From the IMG/VR virus record IMGVR_UViG_3300036773_000062, positions 1 to 43,398 of that record: DNA of 43,398 nucleotides; one strand, given 5' to 3'. The position numbers were made by a program, and so were the translations under genes. Source of the DNA: a virus. Its lineage: Duplodnaviria; Caudoviricetes. Positions 17,567 to 25,809 of the stretch are shown here, in pieces; the first letter of the stretch is position 1; each line of letters starts with the position of its first letter. The notes under the pieces were generated by a model, which had not been told where the DNA came from, did not search any database, and was given only the letters and a program-made list of their open reading frames with translations.

Positions 17567-17897
17567 CTACTCGCTCCTTTGCCCGCGCGCGAAAGGCGCC
17601 CAAATATCGTTCGCGATTCGCAACCCGAATCGCCTCATCGCGCTCCGACTGCTCGATGAACATGAATTCCATCATCGAGGGCGGCTGCGCGCCTTCTTTC
17701 AAGTGCGGCCGCAAGAGCTGCTGAACCGTCATGGCGGCGTGCATGTTATCGCGGTACGGGCCCCACGGCTCCAATCGCCAATAGGCTTTCCAACTGCGCA
17801 ATTCCCGCTCCGATAATTCGAGCACCTCATCGATCGAGCGCCCGAGCAACATCCCCAAGCGGTGCAGGAAGAGCTCCTCGGGCGTCAGTCTTTTTTT
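17553..17897 (-). CDS. Tail assembly chaperone gpGT extension (-1 frame; DUF4035-like)
   Basis: F..RL...LGRS..E....S..EL..W.AY...EPWG..RD motif; reached through the A_AAA_AAA slip site at 17891-17897. Confidence 0.8.
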   Translation of the reverse strand, partial: KKRLTPEELFLHRLGMLLGRSIDEVLELSERELRSWKAYWRLEPWGPYRDNMHAAMTVQQLLRPHLKEGAQPPSMMEFMFIEQSERDEAIRVANRERYLGAFRARAKERVDGRR

Positions 17898-18205
17898 GCC
17901 TGACTGTTGGCCTCGCCTTCCTTTGCCAATTTCGGCGGTGGATATTCTCCATCGGGGTCGTCCGCGCTCGTCAGCCATAGAGCTCTCGCCGCCACGGCGT
18001 GAACCACCATGTTGGACATCTGCTCAACCTCGGCCATGTTCTTCGGCTTCGGATCGGTTAATGCGTGCAACGTGATGAAAAGGTCCGTTTCTTCGCTACC
18101 GTTTTTCAGCATCTTTCGGACCGCAGCCATGGCCGCGCCGTTCAATTCGCTCACCGTATAGACGACGCCGCGAACGGTAATTGGCCGCGTGATGAGCGTC
18201 GCCAT
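17885..18205 (-). CDS. Tail assembly chaperone gpG
   Basis: Between tail tube and TMP; ends GCA AAA AAA GAC TGA. Confidence 0.8.
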   Translation of the reverse strand: MATLITRPITVRGVVYTVSELNGAAMAAVRKMLKNGSEETDLFITLHALTDPKPKNMAEVEQMSNMVVHAVAARALWLTSADDPDGEYPPPKLAKEGEANSQAKKD

Positions 18206-18651
18206 CAGCCCGCGGACCGAATGATAGGCCCGGTGATTTTCCCGGAGAACTTGATCTCGTTCTTGCTCGAGAGGCTGGGATCGTATTCCCAAGAGAGCAT
18301 CGCCAAGTCAAAGGAAAAGTTCTCGCTCGGGCTGTCATCGCCGACCTGCAGCTGAAACGAGCGCCGCGCCTTGCTTTCCACATCATCGATCAAGCCATTC
18401 TGGATGGTGGTATCGATCAACGTGTAGTTGGCGGTGAAGGTCACATCATTGCCATCGGAGAGGCCAGCGATGTATTCCTTGCTGCCGCCGGAGCAAAAAG
18501 TAGTCGCTTCCACCTGATCGTTTTTGACCCCGATACCGCCGATCGCCGTGATTTCGCAAAAGCGCGTGTAGGACTCGGGCGAGTTCCCGTCTCCCACGGC
18601 CAAATAGTCTTGGCCGACGAATGCGTTTGTTTTGTGAACCGTTGCCGTCAT
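18205..18651 (-). CDS. Major tail tube protein
   Basis: GDG..PE.Y....EI...G.......VEAT......KEYIAGL.DG motif. Confidence 0.88.
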   Translation of the reverse strand: MTATVHKTNAFVGQDYLAVGDGNSPESYTRFCEITAIGGIGVKNDQVEATTFCSGGSKEYIAGLSDGNDVTFTANYTLIDTTIQNGLIDDVESKARRSFQLQVGDDSPSENFSFDLAMLSWEYDPSLSSKNEIKFSGKITGPIIRSAG

Positions 18652-19070
18652 GTCGAGTTCTCCTTAAACCAAAAAGTGTAGAGCTGCGTCATCCTCGCAA
18701 TGCCGGGATCGGGATCACCCGTCGCGAATTCGTTGTCGATGATGACCCTATCCACATAGGTGTCGCCCATCATGCCGGTCGAAAACCCATCGAGCGCGGC
18801 TTTAAGCACTTGCGCCAATCTCACGGCCACCAAGCCGTTCATGGCGAAGCTGTCGATCTGCATCTGGCCCGAGACCAGGCTATCCGTTCCGCAGCTCGTC
18901 TGCTGAAACAGGGTCGCAGCGCGCGTGATGAGCACATCGGGCAGCGAGTCCGAATTCTGCGGCCGCGTCCAGGCGTAAAAGCGCTTGGTGATGGCGCACA
19001 CCGCATCGCAGGTGAGCAGGTAGCTGCGAATCCCTGCCTCCACCGTGCCGGCGCCATCATCCTCGGTCAC
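18648..19070 (-). CDS. Tail terminator (DUF3168-like)
   Basis: Synteny; LP.V..T and QID.FA motifs. Confidence 0.75.
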   Translation of the reverse strand: MTEDDGAGTVEAGIRSYLLTCDAVCAITKRFYAWTRPQNSDSLPDVLITRAATLFQQTSCGTDSLVSGQMQIDSFAMNGLVAVRLAQVLKAALDGFSTGMMGDTYVDRVIIDNEFATGDPDPGIARMTQLYTFWFKENST

Positions 19071-19510
19071 GCGGATTCCACCGCTTTGTCGATGCCTAAA
19101 AGGATGGTGTTGGCCAAGGCGAGCTCGGCTTCATCCCGCGCCTGCAGCAAGGATTTGCGGATCCACGGCTGCGCGCGCTGATAGCGCGTCCCCAGCTCGA
19201 CGAAGTTCAAGGCGTAATAGCCTTCCTTGGTGGTGGTCAAGATGCCGTCGGCGATATCTTTGGTTTTGTTGATCGAGGCGCCGGTGCGCAGCTGCGAGCG
19301 CGCGAATCCCGCTGACACCGCGCGCCCGGTATAGGTCTTGTGATCGACCGTGCCGACCGGGATGTTTTGGCGCGCGTACTTGAGCGCGACATTGATGCCG
19401 GCCTTGACGCCGCGCTTGAGCACCTGGCCTTGCTCGAGCTGCTCAAGTGCTTTTAATTGCTTCGTCAGCACCGCAACGCCTTCCAAGGTTGATCGCTTTT
19501 CGAATGCCAT
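19067..19510 (-). CDS. HK97 gp10-like tail completion protein
   Basis: YYA.NFVELGT....AQPWIR signature; ATG 19510. Confidence 0.85.
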   Translation of the reverse strand: MAFEKRSTLEGVAVLTKQLKALEQLEQGQVLKRGVKAGINVALKYARQNIPVGTVDHKTYTGRAVSAGFARSQLRTGASINKTKDIADGILTTTKEGYYALNFVELGTRYQRAQPWIRKSLLQARDEAELALANTILLGIDKAVESA

Positions 19511-19523
19511 CCAAAGAATCCTT

Positions 19524-19958
19524 TTAGGGCGTTTGACCGGTCCGATAGCCCGCCACATCGCGCCGCGCACAGGTCAGTTGTAATTCCACGCGCATCGTTA
19601 TATCGCGAATCGCGCCCTGAATATCGTAATAGTCGAAGATCCCGGGGGATTTTCCGGGGTTTAAGCAGTGCACCAGGCGCATGGTGTTGGGCGCAACGCC
19701 CTCCAAGCCCGGGCGAAAACGAATGCGGATGCGGGTCCACAACAGGCTGCCGACCTGATTGGCGTTATAGGATTCGATCGGCTTCCAGTCATCGATCGCG
19801 AAGAACACGTTCTGCGCCCACAACTCGTACTCGATCCGCGGCGAGCCCGCGGCATCCAAGAGCGGCGTGCCATCGGCAGCGAGCTTCAATTTCTCCAAAT
19901 TACAGAGGTGACGCAGTTCGCCGGATTGCGTCGGGCGGATTTCGCGCCGGCCGGCCAC
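19524..19958 (-). CDS. Head closure / head-tail adaptor (SPP1 gp16-like)
   Basis: GELRH, RIRIRFRPG and YDI motifs; synteny. Confidence 0.8.
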   Translation of the reverse strand: MAGRREIRPTQSGELRHLCNLEKLKLAADGTPLLDAAGSPRIEYELWAQNVFFAIDDWKPIESYNANQVGSLLWTRIRIRFRPGLEGVAPNTMRLVHCLNPGKSPGIFDYYDIQGAIRDITMRVELQLTCARRDVAGYRTGQTP

Positions 19959-20179
19959 TAGCCTGCACCCCCCTCGCCAGCCGGCGGAATTGCCGGCAAA
20001 TGTCCTGGCGAGGGTGCGGCCGTAGCCGCGGGCTGCGTCGTGGTGGTGTATCGCAGTGATAACGCCGGCCGCTTCTTGGCCGCCTGGCGCTTCAGTTCCA
20101 AATCGAGCAAATAGGCCGCGACCTTATTGGGCAGGATTTTGCGCACTTGGCCGCAGATCCCACACGGTTTGCCGCTCAT
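19958..20179 (-). CDS. Small hypothetical protein (CxxC)
   Basis: ATGA overlap with the connector gene. Confidence 0.55.
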   Translation of the reverse strand: MSGKPCGICGQVRKILPNKVAAYLLDLELKRQAAKKRPALSLRYTTTTQPAATAAPSPGHLPAIPPAGEGGAG

Positions 20180-20649
20180 ACGCCCATCCCGCGGCGGTAG
20201 GGCATCAGCAAACTGATCGCGCGCTGCTCGAGCAATTCGAAATTATCGGTGTTCCGATCGAAGAGCGATTCCATGTAGAGCAGGATCGCGCAATAGATAT
20301 CGCGGCGCGCAGGGCCCGTATCGCTCGTGCCCGGGATGGGATTGCACTGCCAGTAATAGCGCCAGTTCTCGGGCGCCCAGCCCTCGCAGGGTTCGTCATA
20401 CCACCGCGGCCGCAAATCGCTCTCGGCCCAGCGGTACTGTTTGGGATCGGGCGTTGCCTTGGCGTTCGAATCCTTGGCCTGGTTGTCCAAGATCATGAGC
20501 TCGCCCAAGGTGCGCTCGGTGAAGTTCTCCGCCCAGTCCTCGGCGCCGCCGATCAAGAGGTTCAGTCGCCGCTCATAGACCGACTGCAACCCCTCATCGA
20601 GCGACAGCTGCGCGAGGGCGTCTTCGATTTGGATGTAGGTGCCGCTCAT
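20176..20649 (-). CDS. Head-tail connector (HK97 gp6-like)
   Basis: LI.GA..WAENFTER...AILL.....F.R......LL.PYR..MGV; ATG 20649 overlaps the HNH stop. Confidence 0.85.
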   Translation of the reverse strand: MSGTYIQIEDALAQLSLDEGLQSVYERRLNLLIGGAEDWAENFTERTLGELMILDNQAKDSNAKATPDPKQYRWAESDLRPRWYDEPCEGWAPENWRYYWQCNPIPGTSDTGPARRDIYCAILLYMESLFDRNTDNFELLEQRAISLLMPYRRGMGV

Positions 20650-21164
20650 CGGTAGTTCTCCGCGATCGCTCGCGCCACAGGGAGAAAAGCTTCCAAGCCC
20701 CAGTCCATCAGGGCAGAATTTACGCACATCAGTATGACGCGGCAATTCCGCTTAGTGTACCCGGCGCCAGCGATGACTCTATCCACGCTGGGACTATACG
20801 GACCTTTGAGCGCCGAAAAGTCGAACGCAAGCCCGGTTATTGCACAGACTCTCGCCTCGAAACGCTCCGTCAACCAATCCACGTCCAAGTCGAATTCCCA
20901 GCCTTCGGCTTTACATCGTTTGCGGATATTCCTTAGCAATTCGTTCGCGCGCCATCTCAAGTCCCCGGCTTTCTTGATTCGCTGCCGTTCTAAGTAGACC
21001 GGGTCCAGACGCTTTAACCTTTCGACCTCGCAGCGACATTCTTTGCACCAGAAATGGAAGCCCTCTTTGCCGCAGCCCTTATTCTTATGAAAAGAGTCCA
21101 GCGTCAGGGTTCGTTTGCAACGATAGCAACGTCTAGGAACTATCGATAATGTTCGGCTATCCAC
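20646..21164 (-). CDS. Free-standing HNH-type homing endonuclease with Zn ribbon
   Basis: CxxC...F.K....CKEC and C..TG......SPSVDR....GY...NCR.I...VN motifs; AAGGA RBS with GTG 21164; AT-richer codon use. Confidence 0.8.
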   Translation of the reverse strand: MDSRTLSIVPRRCYRCKRTLTLDSFHKNKGCGKEGFHFWCKECRCEVERLKRLDPVYLERQRIKKAGDLRWRANELLRNIRKRCKAEGWEFDLDVDWLTERFEARVCAITGLAFDFSALKGPYSPSVDRVIAGAGYTKRNCRVILMCVNSALMDWGLEAFLPVARAIAENYR

Positions 21165-21868
21165 TGGTGTTTCCTTTGCATAAGCGGATCCCATGGGTCG
21201 CAGTGTCCGTGAAGAATCACGATTTTCGCGGTGGGCGGAAGTGCTCCGCCTTTCGGCGCGATCTGATTGCGGTAGGAAAAGACGCCGTCGACATGCGTGA
21301 ACTTGGCTTCGTTGGGACCCAAGCACGCACCGATCCACGCCTGATCGGACCCAATGTACTTAAGATTCAGGCCGATCTGCGGCGAAGTGAGCGGATCGAA
21401 CTTCTCCCACACCTGCGGCCGGCTGCCCGCGGTCAATTGGATCAAGGAGCCGTTGTAGGGCGTTCCTCGAGCGGTGTCGCCGTACATTTTGAAATCGAGA
21501 TGGTGATCGAAAAGCGCGGTGATGTCGGCGCAGATGACCACGTCGAGGTCGATTGAAACGAATCGCGGCCCGAAGAGATCAGCAGCTTCTCGAGAGAACA
21601 TTTTAAGGCGTCGATAGCAGCTTGGGTTTCCACGACCGTGCGGGCTGGGAAGGTTGGCATAGTCGCTCCAGAGGGTCAGGGTGCGAACTTCCGGCCGGAT
21701 ACCGACCGGATCGTCGGTCACGCACACGAGCTCGAATGGCTTGTGATAGTGACGCGTCAGCATGGAATACAGAATATTCACCGTCTCGGGCGCAAATTTC
21801 GAGCGGTAGCCCAACGGTGGCCGCCATTTAAAGCACACGAAACTCAAGCGCTCGGCCGACTCGTTCAT
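21140..21868 (-). CDS. Glycosyltransferase, GT-A fold (GT8-like phage family)
   Basis: VC.KW...V..L...RH...F..VC.TDD, DLD (DxD), NGS, SDQ.W and HG..DPW motifs; ATG 21868. Confidence 0.85.
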   Translation of the reverse strand: MNESAERLSFVCFKWRPPLGYRSKFAPETVNILYSMLTRHYHKPFELVCVTDDPVGIRPEVRTLTLWSDYANLPSPHGRGNPSCYRRLKMFSREAADLFGPRFVSIDLDVVICADITALFDHHLDFKMYGDTARGTPYNGSLIQLTAGSRPQVWEKFDPLTSPQIGLNLKYIGSDQAWIGACLGPNEAKFTHVDGVFSYRNQIAPKGGALPPTAKIVILHGHCDPWDPLMQRKHQWIAEHYR

Positions 21869-22596
21869 GGATAGATCTGCCGGTAGGGGAAGGTGCGTGT
21901 GAGGGGGCGCCAATTGGGGATGCGATCGCGTTCGATCTTGCGCCGCGGGATCTCAATGTCGTCGACGCCCTTGACCTTGCGTTCGTAATGCACAGTCGAG
22001 GCATCAGCGATGGTTTCACGGGGAACACGGATGACCGACCAGCCGAGCATGACCGGCTCGCCCGCGAAGCGGCGCACCTCTTCGCGAAAGAGCGCATCGG
22101 TGCCGTAGAGGCCGGCGAAGCGTTCATCGTAGCCGCCGATCTCCCAGTACATCGCGGCGCTCATCAACCAGGTGTTCGGATGCGGCTTGTAGGGCGTCAA
22201 GAGCGGCTCGCCGCCCGCATTGGTCCCCTCCCAGGTATCGCGGCCAAAGCGATAAACGCTGCGCGGATTGAGCTTCGCCGCTTGAATGAAATTCCACGTG
22301 CTCGCGGGCACCAGATGATCCATATCGGTCAAGAGCAGCCAGGGCGCGCGAGCGAAATGGGCACAGACATTGCGCGCCGCGTCCTGATTCCAGCGCACAT
22401 CGACGCCGATCTTGAAGATGCGAAGCATGCAGCCGATCTCAAACCCCTGAGCATCGCCATCAGGAGAGCCGTCGTCGCAAATCAGTACCTCGAGGTTCTC
22501 GCGGCAGCGCAAGGGCAATGCCGCAATCCGCGTGAGTTGTTCCCGCAACATCTGTTGGTTGCGGTAATAGGGCAGGCACAGGGCTACGCGGCGCAT
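21865..22596 (-). CDS. Glycosyltransferase, GT2 / GT7C-like
   Basis: PYY.N, ICDDGS, ARN, LTDMDH and IGGYDERF.G.YG.D motifs; ATG 22596. Confidence 0.88.
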   Translation of the reverse strand: MRRVALCLPYYRNQQMLREQLTRIAALPLRCRENLEVLICDDGSPDGDAQGFEIGCMLRIFKIGVDVRWNQDAARNVCAHFARAPWLLLTDMDHLVPASTWNFIQAAKLNPRSVYRFGRDTWEGTNAGGEPLLTPYKPHPNTWLMSAAMYWEIGGYDERFAGLYGTDALFREEVRRFAGEPVMLGWSVIRVPRETIADASTVHYERKVKGVDDIEIPRRKIERDRIPNWRPLTRTFPYRQIYP

Positions 22597-23204
22597 GCGG
22601 CCTCCCGTTCGAGCGTCTTGCGGTCGATCGGCAGGAACCAGCGCGGCGCCTTCTTGCCGGCGATGTAGACCGCGATCTGCGCGGCCAAGAATTGCGCCGC
22701 GGCGGCCCCGAACTGGCCGGACCATTCGGCGAGCTTGCCGCCGCTCGAGCCGCCGCCGTTCTTCCAGGCATAGTCGGGGAACCAATGCCGCTCACCTCGG
22801 GGACCTAAGGCCATATCGAACCCGACGAGAAAAATCGCGCGCGGCCGCATCTGATAGGCCAAGTTGAGTGCACAGAACCCGGAGTGGGTCCCGTTGAGCC
22901 GGGGAGGCTCGCCGGCCGGCGAGCGCTCGGCCAGGGTCGTCGAGGTGTGATCGCACTCGAACGGTACGATCGGGCGAATGTTCAAGACGTTCTTGAGCGT
23001 CGAGGCCCGCAGCCAGATCGGTTTTTGCAGCCGTCGCAGGCTTTCCACTCGGGCCTCCGCCCACATCCGATCCATTGAGAGGCATATGTCCCACCGCGGC
23101 AGATAACGAGCCGAATCGTTCACGGCAATAATGGTCCCAGGGAGATTCGCGAGATTGAACTGCGAGGCTGACCAGCCACCGGCGACGATGGTGATCGATC
23201 TCAT
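22584..23204 (-). CDS. Putative glycosyltransferase, Maf/DUF115-like (GT29/GT42-related Rossmann fold), paralog 2
   Basis: IVAGGWS, IAVND, SMD..W and G.HSG..ALNLA......IFLVGFDM......HW motifs; ATG 23204. Confidence 0.7.
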   Translation of the reverse strand: MRSITIVAGGWSASQFNLANLPGTIIAVNDSARYLPRWDICLSMDRMWAEARVESLRRLQKPIWLRASTLKNVLNIRPIVPFECDHTSTTLAERSPAGEPPRLNGTHSGFCALNLAYQMRPRAIFLVGFDMALGPRGERHWFPDYAWKNGGGSSGGKLAEWSGQFGAAAAQFLAAQIAVYIAGKKAPRWFLPIDRKTLEREAACAA

Positions 23205-23860
23205 TGGGCCTCGAACAAATGAGTTTCGAATTTGATCCCATAGTGAATCAGGGCGACGTGGCGAAACTCGGCCGTCATCGCGCGCATCCACTCATACGAG
23301 CGTTCGTCGTCGCGACAGCGGCGCCCGCCGCGCATGTCAACGATGATTTTGGTCTGCCCGGCGATCGAGGCGCTTTTCACCAGGTCCAGGTAACGCTCTG
23401 GCGGGTAGTGAAAGCACCAGGACTTGAAACTCACGATGAGGTCATAGAAGCGCGGCGCCCGCCGATGTGCGTCGTTCGCGTCGATAAAATCGATGTGCTC
23501 GAGGCCATTGACCTTCAAGAACCGTCGCGCCGCGTCGCGATTGGAGAAGGTCTCGTTGTGTTTCACCATATCGGGCGCATCGTCAATCCCGTCGAGCAAC
23601 GTGACACTGCACTGATCTCCAAAGTGGCGCGCGAGCAGCACATCAATACCACCCATGCCGGAGCCGATATCGAGCACCGCATCACAGCTCGCCGGCAAAA
23701 AGGGCTCGATGCAATCGAACTCGCTATAGAGCGCATCAGCATAGTGCTGCAGCCAGGTACCAGGATCATCCACCATGTCGGCGATGGCACCGCGCTGCAG
23801 TTGCAGATACGGATACGCTTCGAGCGGCACGGTTAAGCCCAAGTCGCGATCGGCGCTCAT
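23201..23860 (-). CDS. Class I SAM-dependent methyltransferase
   Basis: VLDIGSGMGGID motif I and YDLIVS..SWCFHYP; ATG 23860. Confidence 0.85.
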   Translation of the reverse strand: MSADRDLGLTVPLEAYPYLQLQRGAIADMVDDPGTWLQHYADALYSEFDCIEPFLPASCDAVLDIGSGMGGIDVLLARHFGDQCSVTLLDGIDDAPDMVKHNETFSNRDAARRFLKVNGLEHIDFIDANDAHRRAPRFYDLIVSFKSWCFHYPPERYLDLVKSASIAGQTKIIVDMRGGRRCRDDERSYEWMRAMTAEFRHVALIHYGIKFETHLFEAQ

Positions 23861-25020
23861 GGCTTCTCGGCGATCACGGACAGATCCTTGCCGATGCCCG
23901 CCTGACATTGCCAGCCGAGCGCGCGCAGCTTCTCGAGCCACACGGCCGCGGGAAGCACGGAGAGGTGGGCATTGCGCCCGTCCGGCAAAATCGCATTGGC
24001 GGGGCGCGTCGAGATCACGAAATAGGCGACCTTGCCGGTAATGCGCCATACATGATCGAGCACGTCATTGAGTTTCTCCGGCTCCACGTGCTCGAGGACG
24101 TCGGTGCAGATGACGAGATCGCAGGGCTTGGGCATGGAGGCGCGCTCCGGGACGCCCGGGTCGTATCCAGACACGCGAATGGGCTTCAACGCCTCGGCCA
24201 ATTTATTCTCTCCGCAGCCGTAATCCAAAATCGTCGCCGGCTGATAGTCCGCGATCAGGCGGCGGACGATCGCCTCGTGCTTGGCGCCATCCGCGCCCCA
24301 GGAGCGCTTGGCATGGAGCGCCGTCAACTGCGCGCGGTACGCCGGTGTCGTCATGTCATCGAGCGAGTACCGGTAGGCGCCGGCGTGCTTCAAGAACATG
24401 CCGATATGGCCCAAATCGAGGGCGTGAACCCCCTTCTTGGCGAGCCGATACGCCAACACCGTCGCCGCGGTGCCCAGGCAGATCAGTACCGTCGCCGCTG
24501 GCCGGCCGACCTCCTCTTCGATGCGATCGATCTCGGCATAGGCGTGCTGCCTGGGCCCGTGCACTTCGCGCACCGTTCGCGCCTCGCTGCCCATCATCTC
24601 GGTCGTGATCGATTTCTTATCGCCCGAGACCAAGACGATGTCCTTGTCCTGCCAGAGCGCGCGGACCTTGGCCCAGTAATCCGGCCGATCAATCCAGGGG
24701 GCATTGTCGGGGCGCGTGATGAAACTCGAGTGATACGTACCCTTCGCGCTCAAATGCTGGATGTAGAGCGGTTGCGTGTAGCGCATCCAGGACTCGCGCC
24801 GCGGACAGTCGCCAAACGGATTCGGGATTCCGACCAGGCAGCCATTCGGGTTCGCGGCGATCGCGCAGAGCTCCTTTGCCAGTTTCGGCTCCGGTCGCTG
24901 CGAGGTGCAGCCACCGCCGACGGCGCAGCGCCACTCGCCGTCGCCGAAGCGCGCGATCGAGGAATATGCGAGCGCGGCCAAGGTGTCGTCTTCGCTCACG
25001 ATCGGCGGGTAGGTTTTCAC
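23857..25020 (-). CDS. Fusion of GT-D-fold (DUF1792-like) glycosyltransferase and class I methyltransferase
   Basis: N-terminal SIARFGDGE...FITRP...LG.AATVLAY.L...G..ALDLGH. C-terminal ILDYGCG...GYDP...DLVICTDVLEHVEP. Confidence 0.88.
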   Translation of the reverse strand: MKTYPPIVSEDDTLAALAYSSIARFGDGEWRCAVGGGCTSQRPEPKLAKELCAIAANPNGCLVGIPNPFGDCPRRESWMRYTQPLYIQHLSAKGTYHSSFITRPDNAPWIDRPDYWAKVRALWQDKDIVLVSGDKKSITTEMMGSEARTVREVHGPRQHAYAEIDRIEEEVGRPAATVLICLGTAATVLAYRLAKKGVHALDLGHIGMFLKHAGAYRYSLDDMTTPAYRAQLTALHAKRSWGADGAKHEAIVRRLIADYQPATILDYGCGENKLAEALKPIRVSGYDPGVPERASMPKPCDLVICTDVLEHVEPEKLNDVLDHVWRITGKVAYFVISTRPANAILPDGRNAHLSVLPAAVWLEKLRALGWQCQAGIGKDLSVIAEKP

Positions 25021-25211
25021 TTCTCGGTGTCGTCGATGAGGTCGACCCTTACGTTCATGCCGACCATCTTGGCTCCTAAGCGAATCATCGTAATTCCATA
25101 CATGATGAGCGCTTTGGCGACGCCATACTTATATCGAAAGAGCGGCGAGATCTTGATCTCGACGGTAAGGTTGGAGAGCTTCGGGCTGAATGATTTGGGA
25201 AACATCGCCAT
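25017..25211 (-). CDS. Small hypothetical protein within the GT cluster
   Basis: ORF track; GTGA overlap with the GT-D gene. Confidence 0.5.
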   Translation of the reverse strand: MAMFPKSFSPKLSNLTVEIKISPLFRYKYGVAKALIMYGITMIRLGAKMVGMNVRVDLIDDTEK

Positions 25212-25809
25212 CGGGGAGCGCCTCTTGGATCGTCGACCGCGCGAAGCATGTCAGTGCGGTTGAGCGACTGCAATTGATTATTTCGAGCCCAGCTTCTTTC
25301 GCATCGACGGCGAGTCGGTTCATCGCCTTCACCCATTCGGGATAGCGGCCGCCGTTGCCGAGGCCCCGCGGATGATCACCATGCCAGTGCGTGCGGCCGC
25401 GCGAGCGCTGGAAATCAAACCCCAACAGCAAAATTCGCTTCACCCCAAAAAGGTGCGCGAGGCCAATGGCCTGATAGCCGGAATTGAAGCCCGTGTGAAT
25501 GTGATTGGGCGACTTGGAAAGGCCGGCTTGGTCAAGCCCGTAGACCCAATGCAGCTTGTACTGATCACGCGAGGAAGACGCGACGGTCCAGAGCTGCGCG
25601 CCCGCGAAACTCTTCGCGAGCTCCGCAAAATAGGTGTTCCACCAGGTCGCATCGCAGGCGTAGAGCGCGTCCGCCCAGGGCGCTAGTCGGAAGCTCGTGT
25701 TGACGACGATCGTTTTGCATTTCCCCTGGCACCACGCCGCGTCTTCGCGGGTGGAGCTGGGTCCGGAGGCAATGATGGCGCAAGTTTCTCCGGCCCACTG
25801 TCCGTGAGC
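25129..25809 (-). CDS. Putative glycosyltransferase, Maf/DUF115-like paralog 1; no canonical start, probably made by -1 frameshift
   Basis: Hand translation: AHGQWAGETCAIIASGPS...IVVN...YACD..WW...GFNSGYQAIGLA...GVKRILLLGFD...HWHGDH...IINCSR. The frame is open from 25935 with no ATG/GTG/TTG until 25443. Confidence 0.8.
   Translation of the reverse strand, partial: AHGQWAGETCAIIASGPSSTREDAAWCQGKCKTIVVNTSFRLAPWADALYACDATWWNTYFAELAKSFAGAQLWTVASSSRDQYKLHWVYGLDQAGLSKSPNHIHTGFNSGYQAIGLAHLFGVKRILLLGFDFQRSRGRTHWHGDHPRGLGNGGRYPEWVKAMNRLAVDAKEAGLEIINCSRSTALTCFARSTIQEALPDGDVSQIIQPEALQPYRRDQDLAALSI

Noticed and set aside
23908-25263. 451-aa plus-strand ORF and other long antisense ORFs (e.g. 16439-17281, 29450-30262, 26053-26829, 5294-6019)
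   Set aside because: These are shadow frames of GC-rich genes with clear motifs on the opposite strand, and have no recognisable domains or RBS.
21140-25809. GT cluster as DNA hypermodification or O-antigen conversion
   Set aside because: It lies in the late head operon, with no hydroxymethylase or other base-modifying genes and no membrane GtrABC-like components. Disfavoured rather than excluded.
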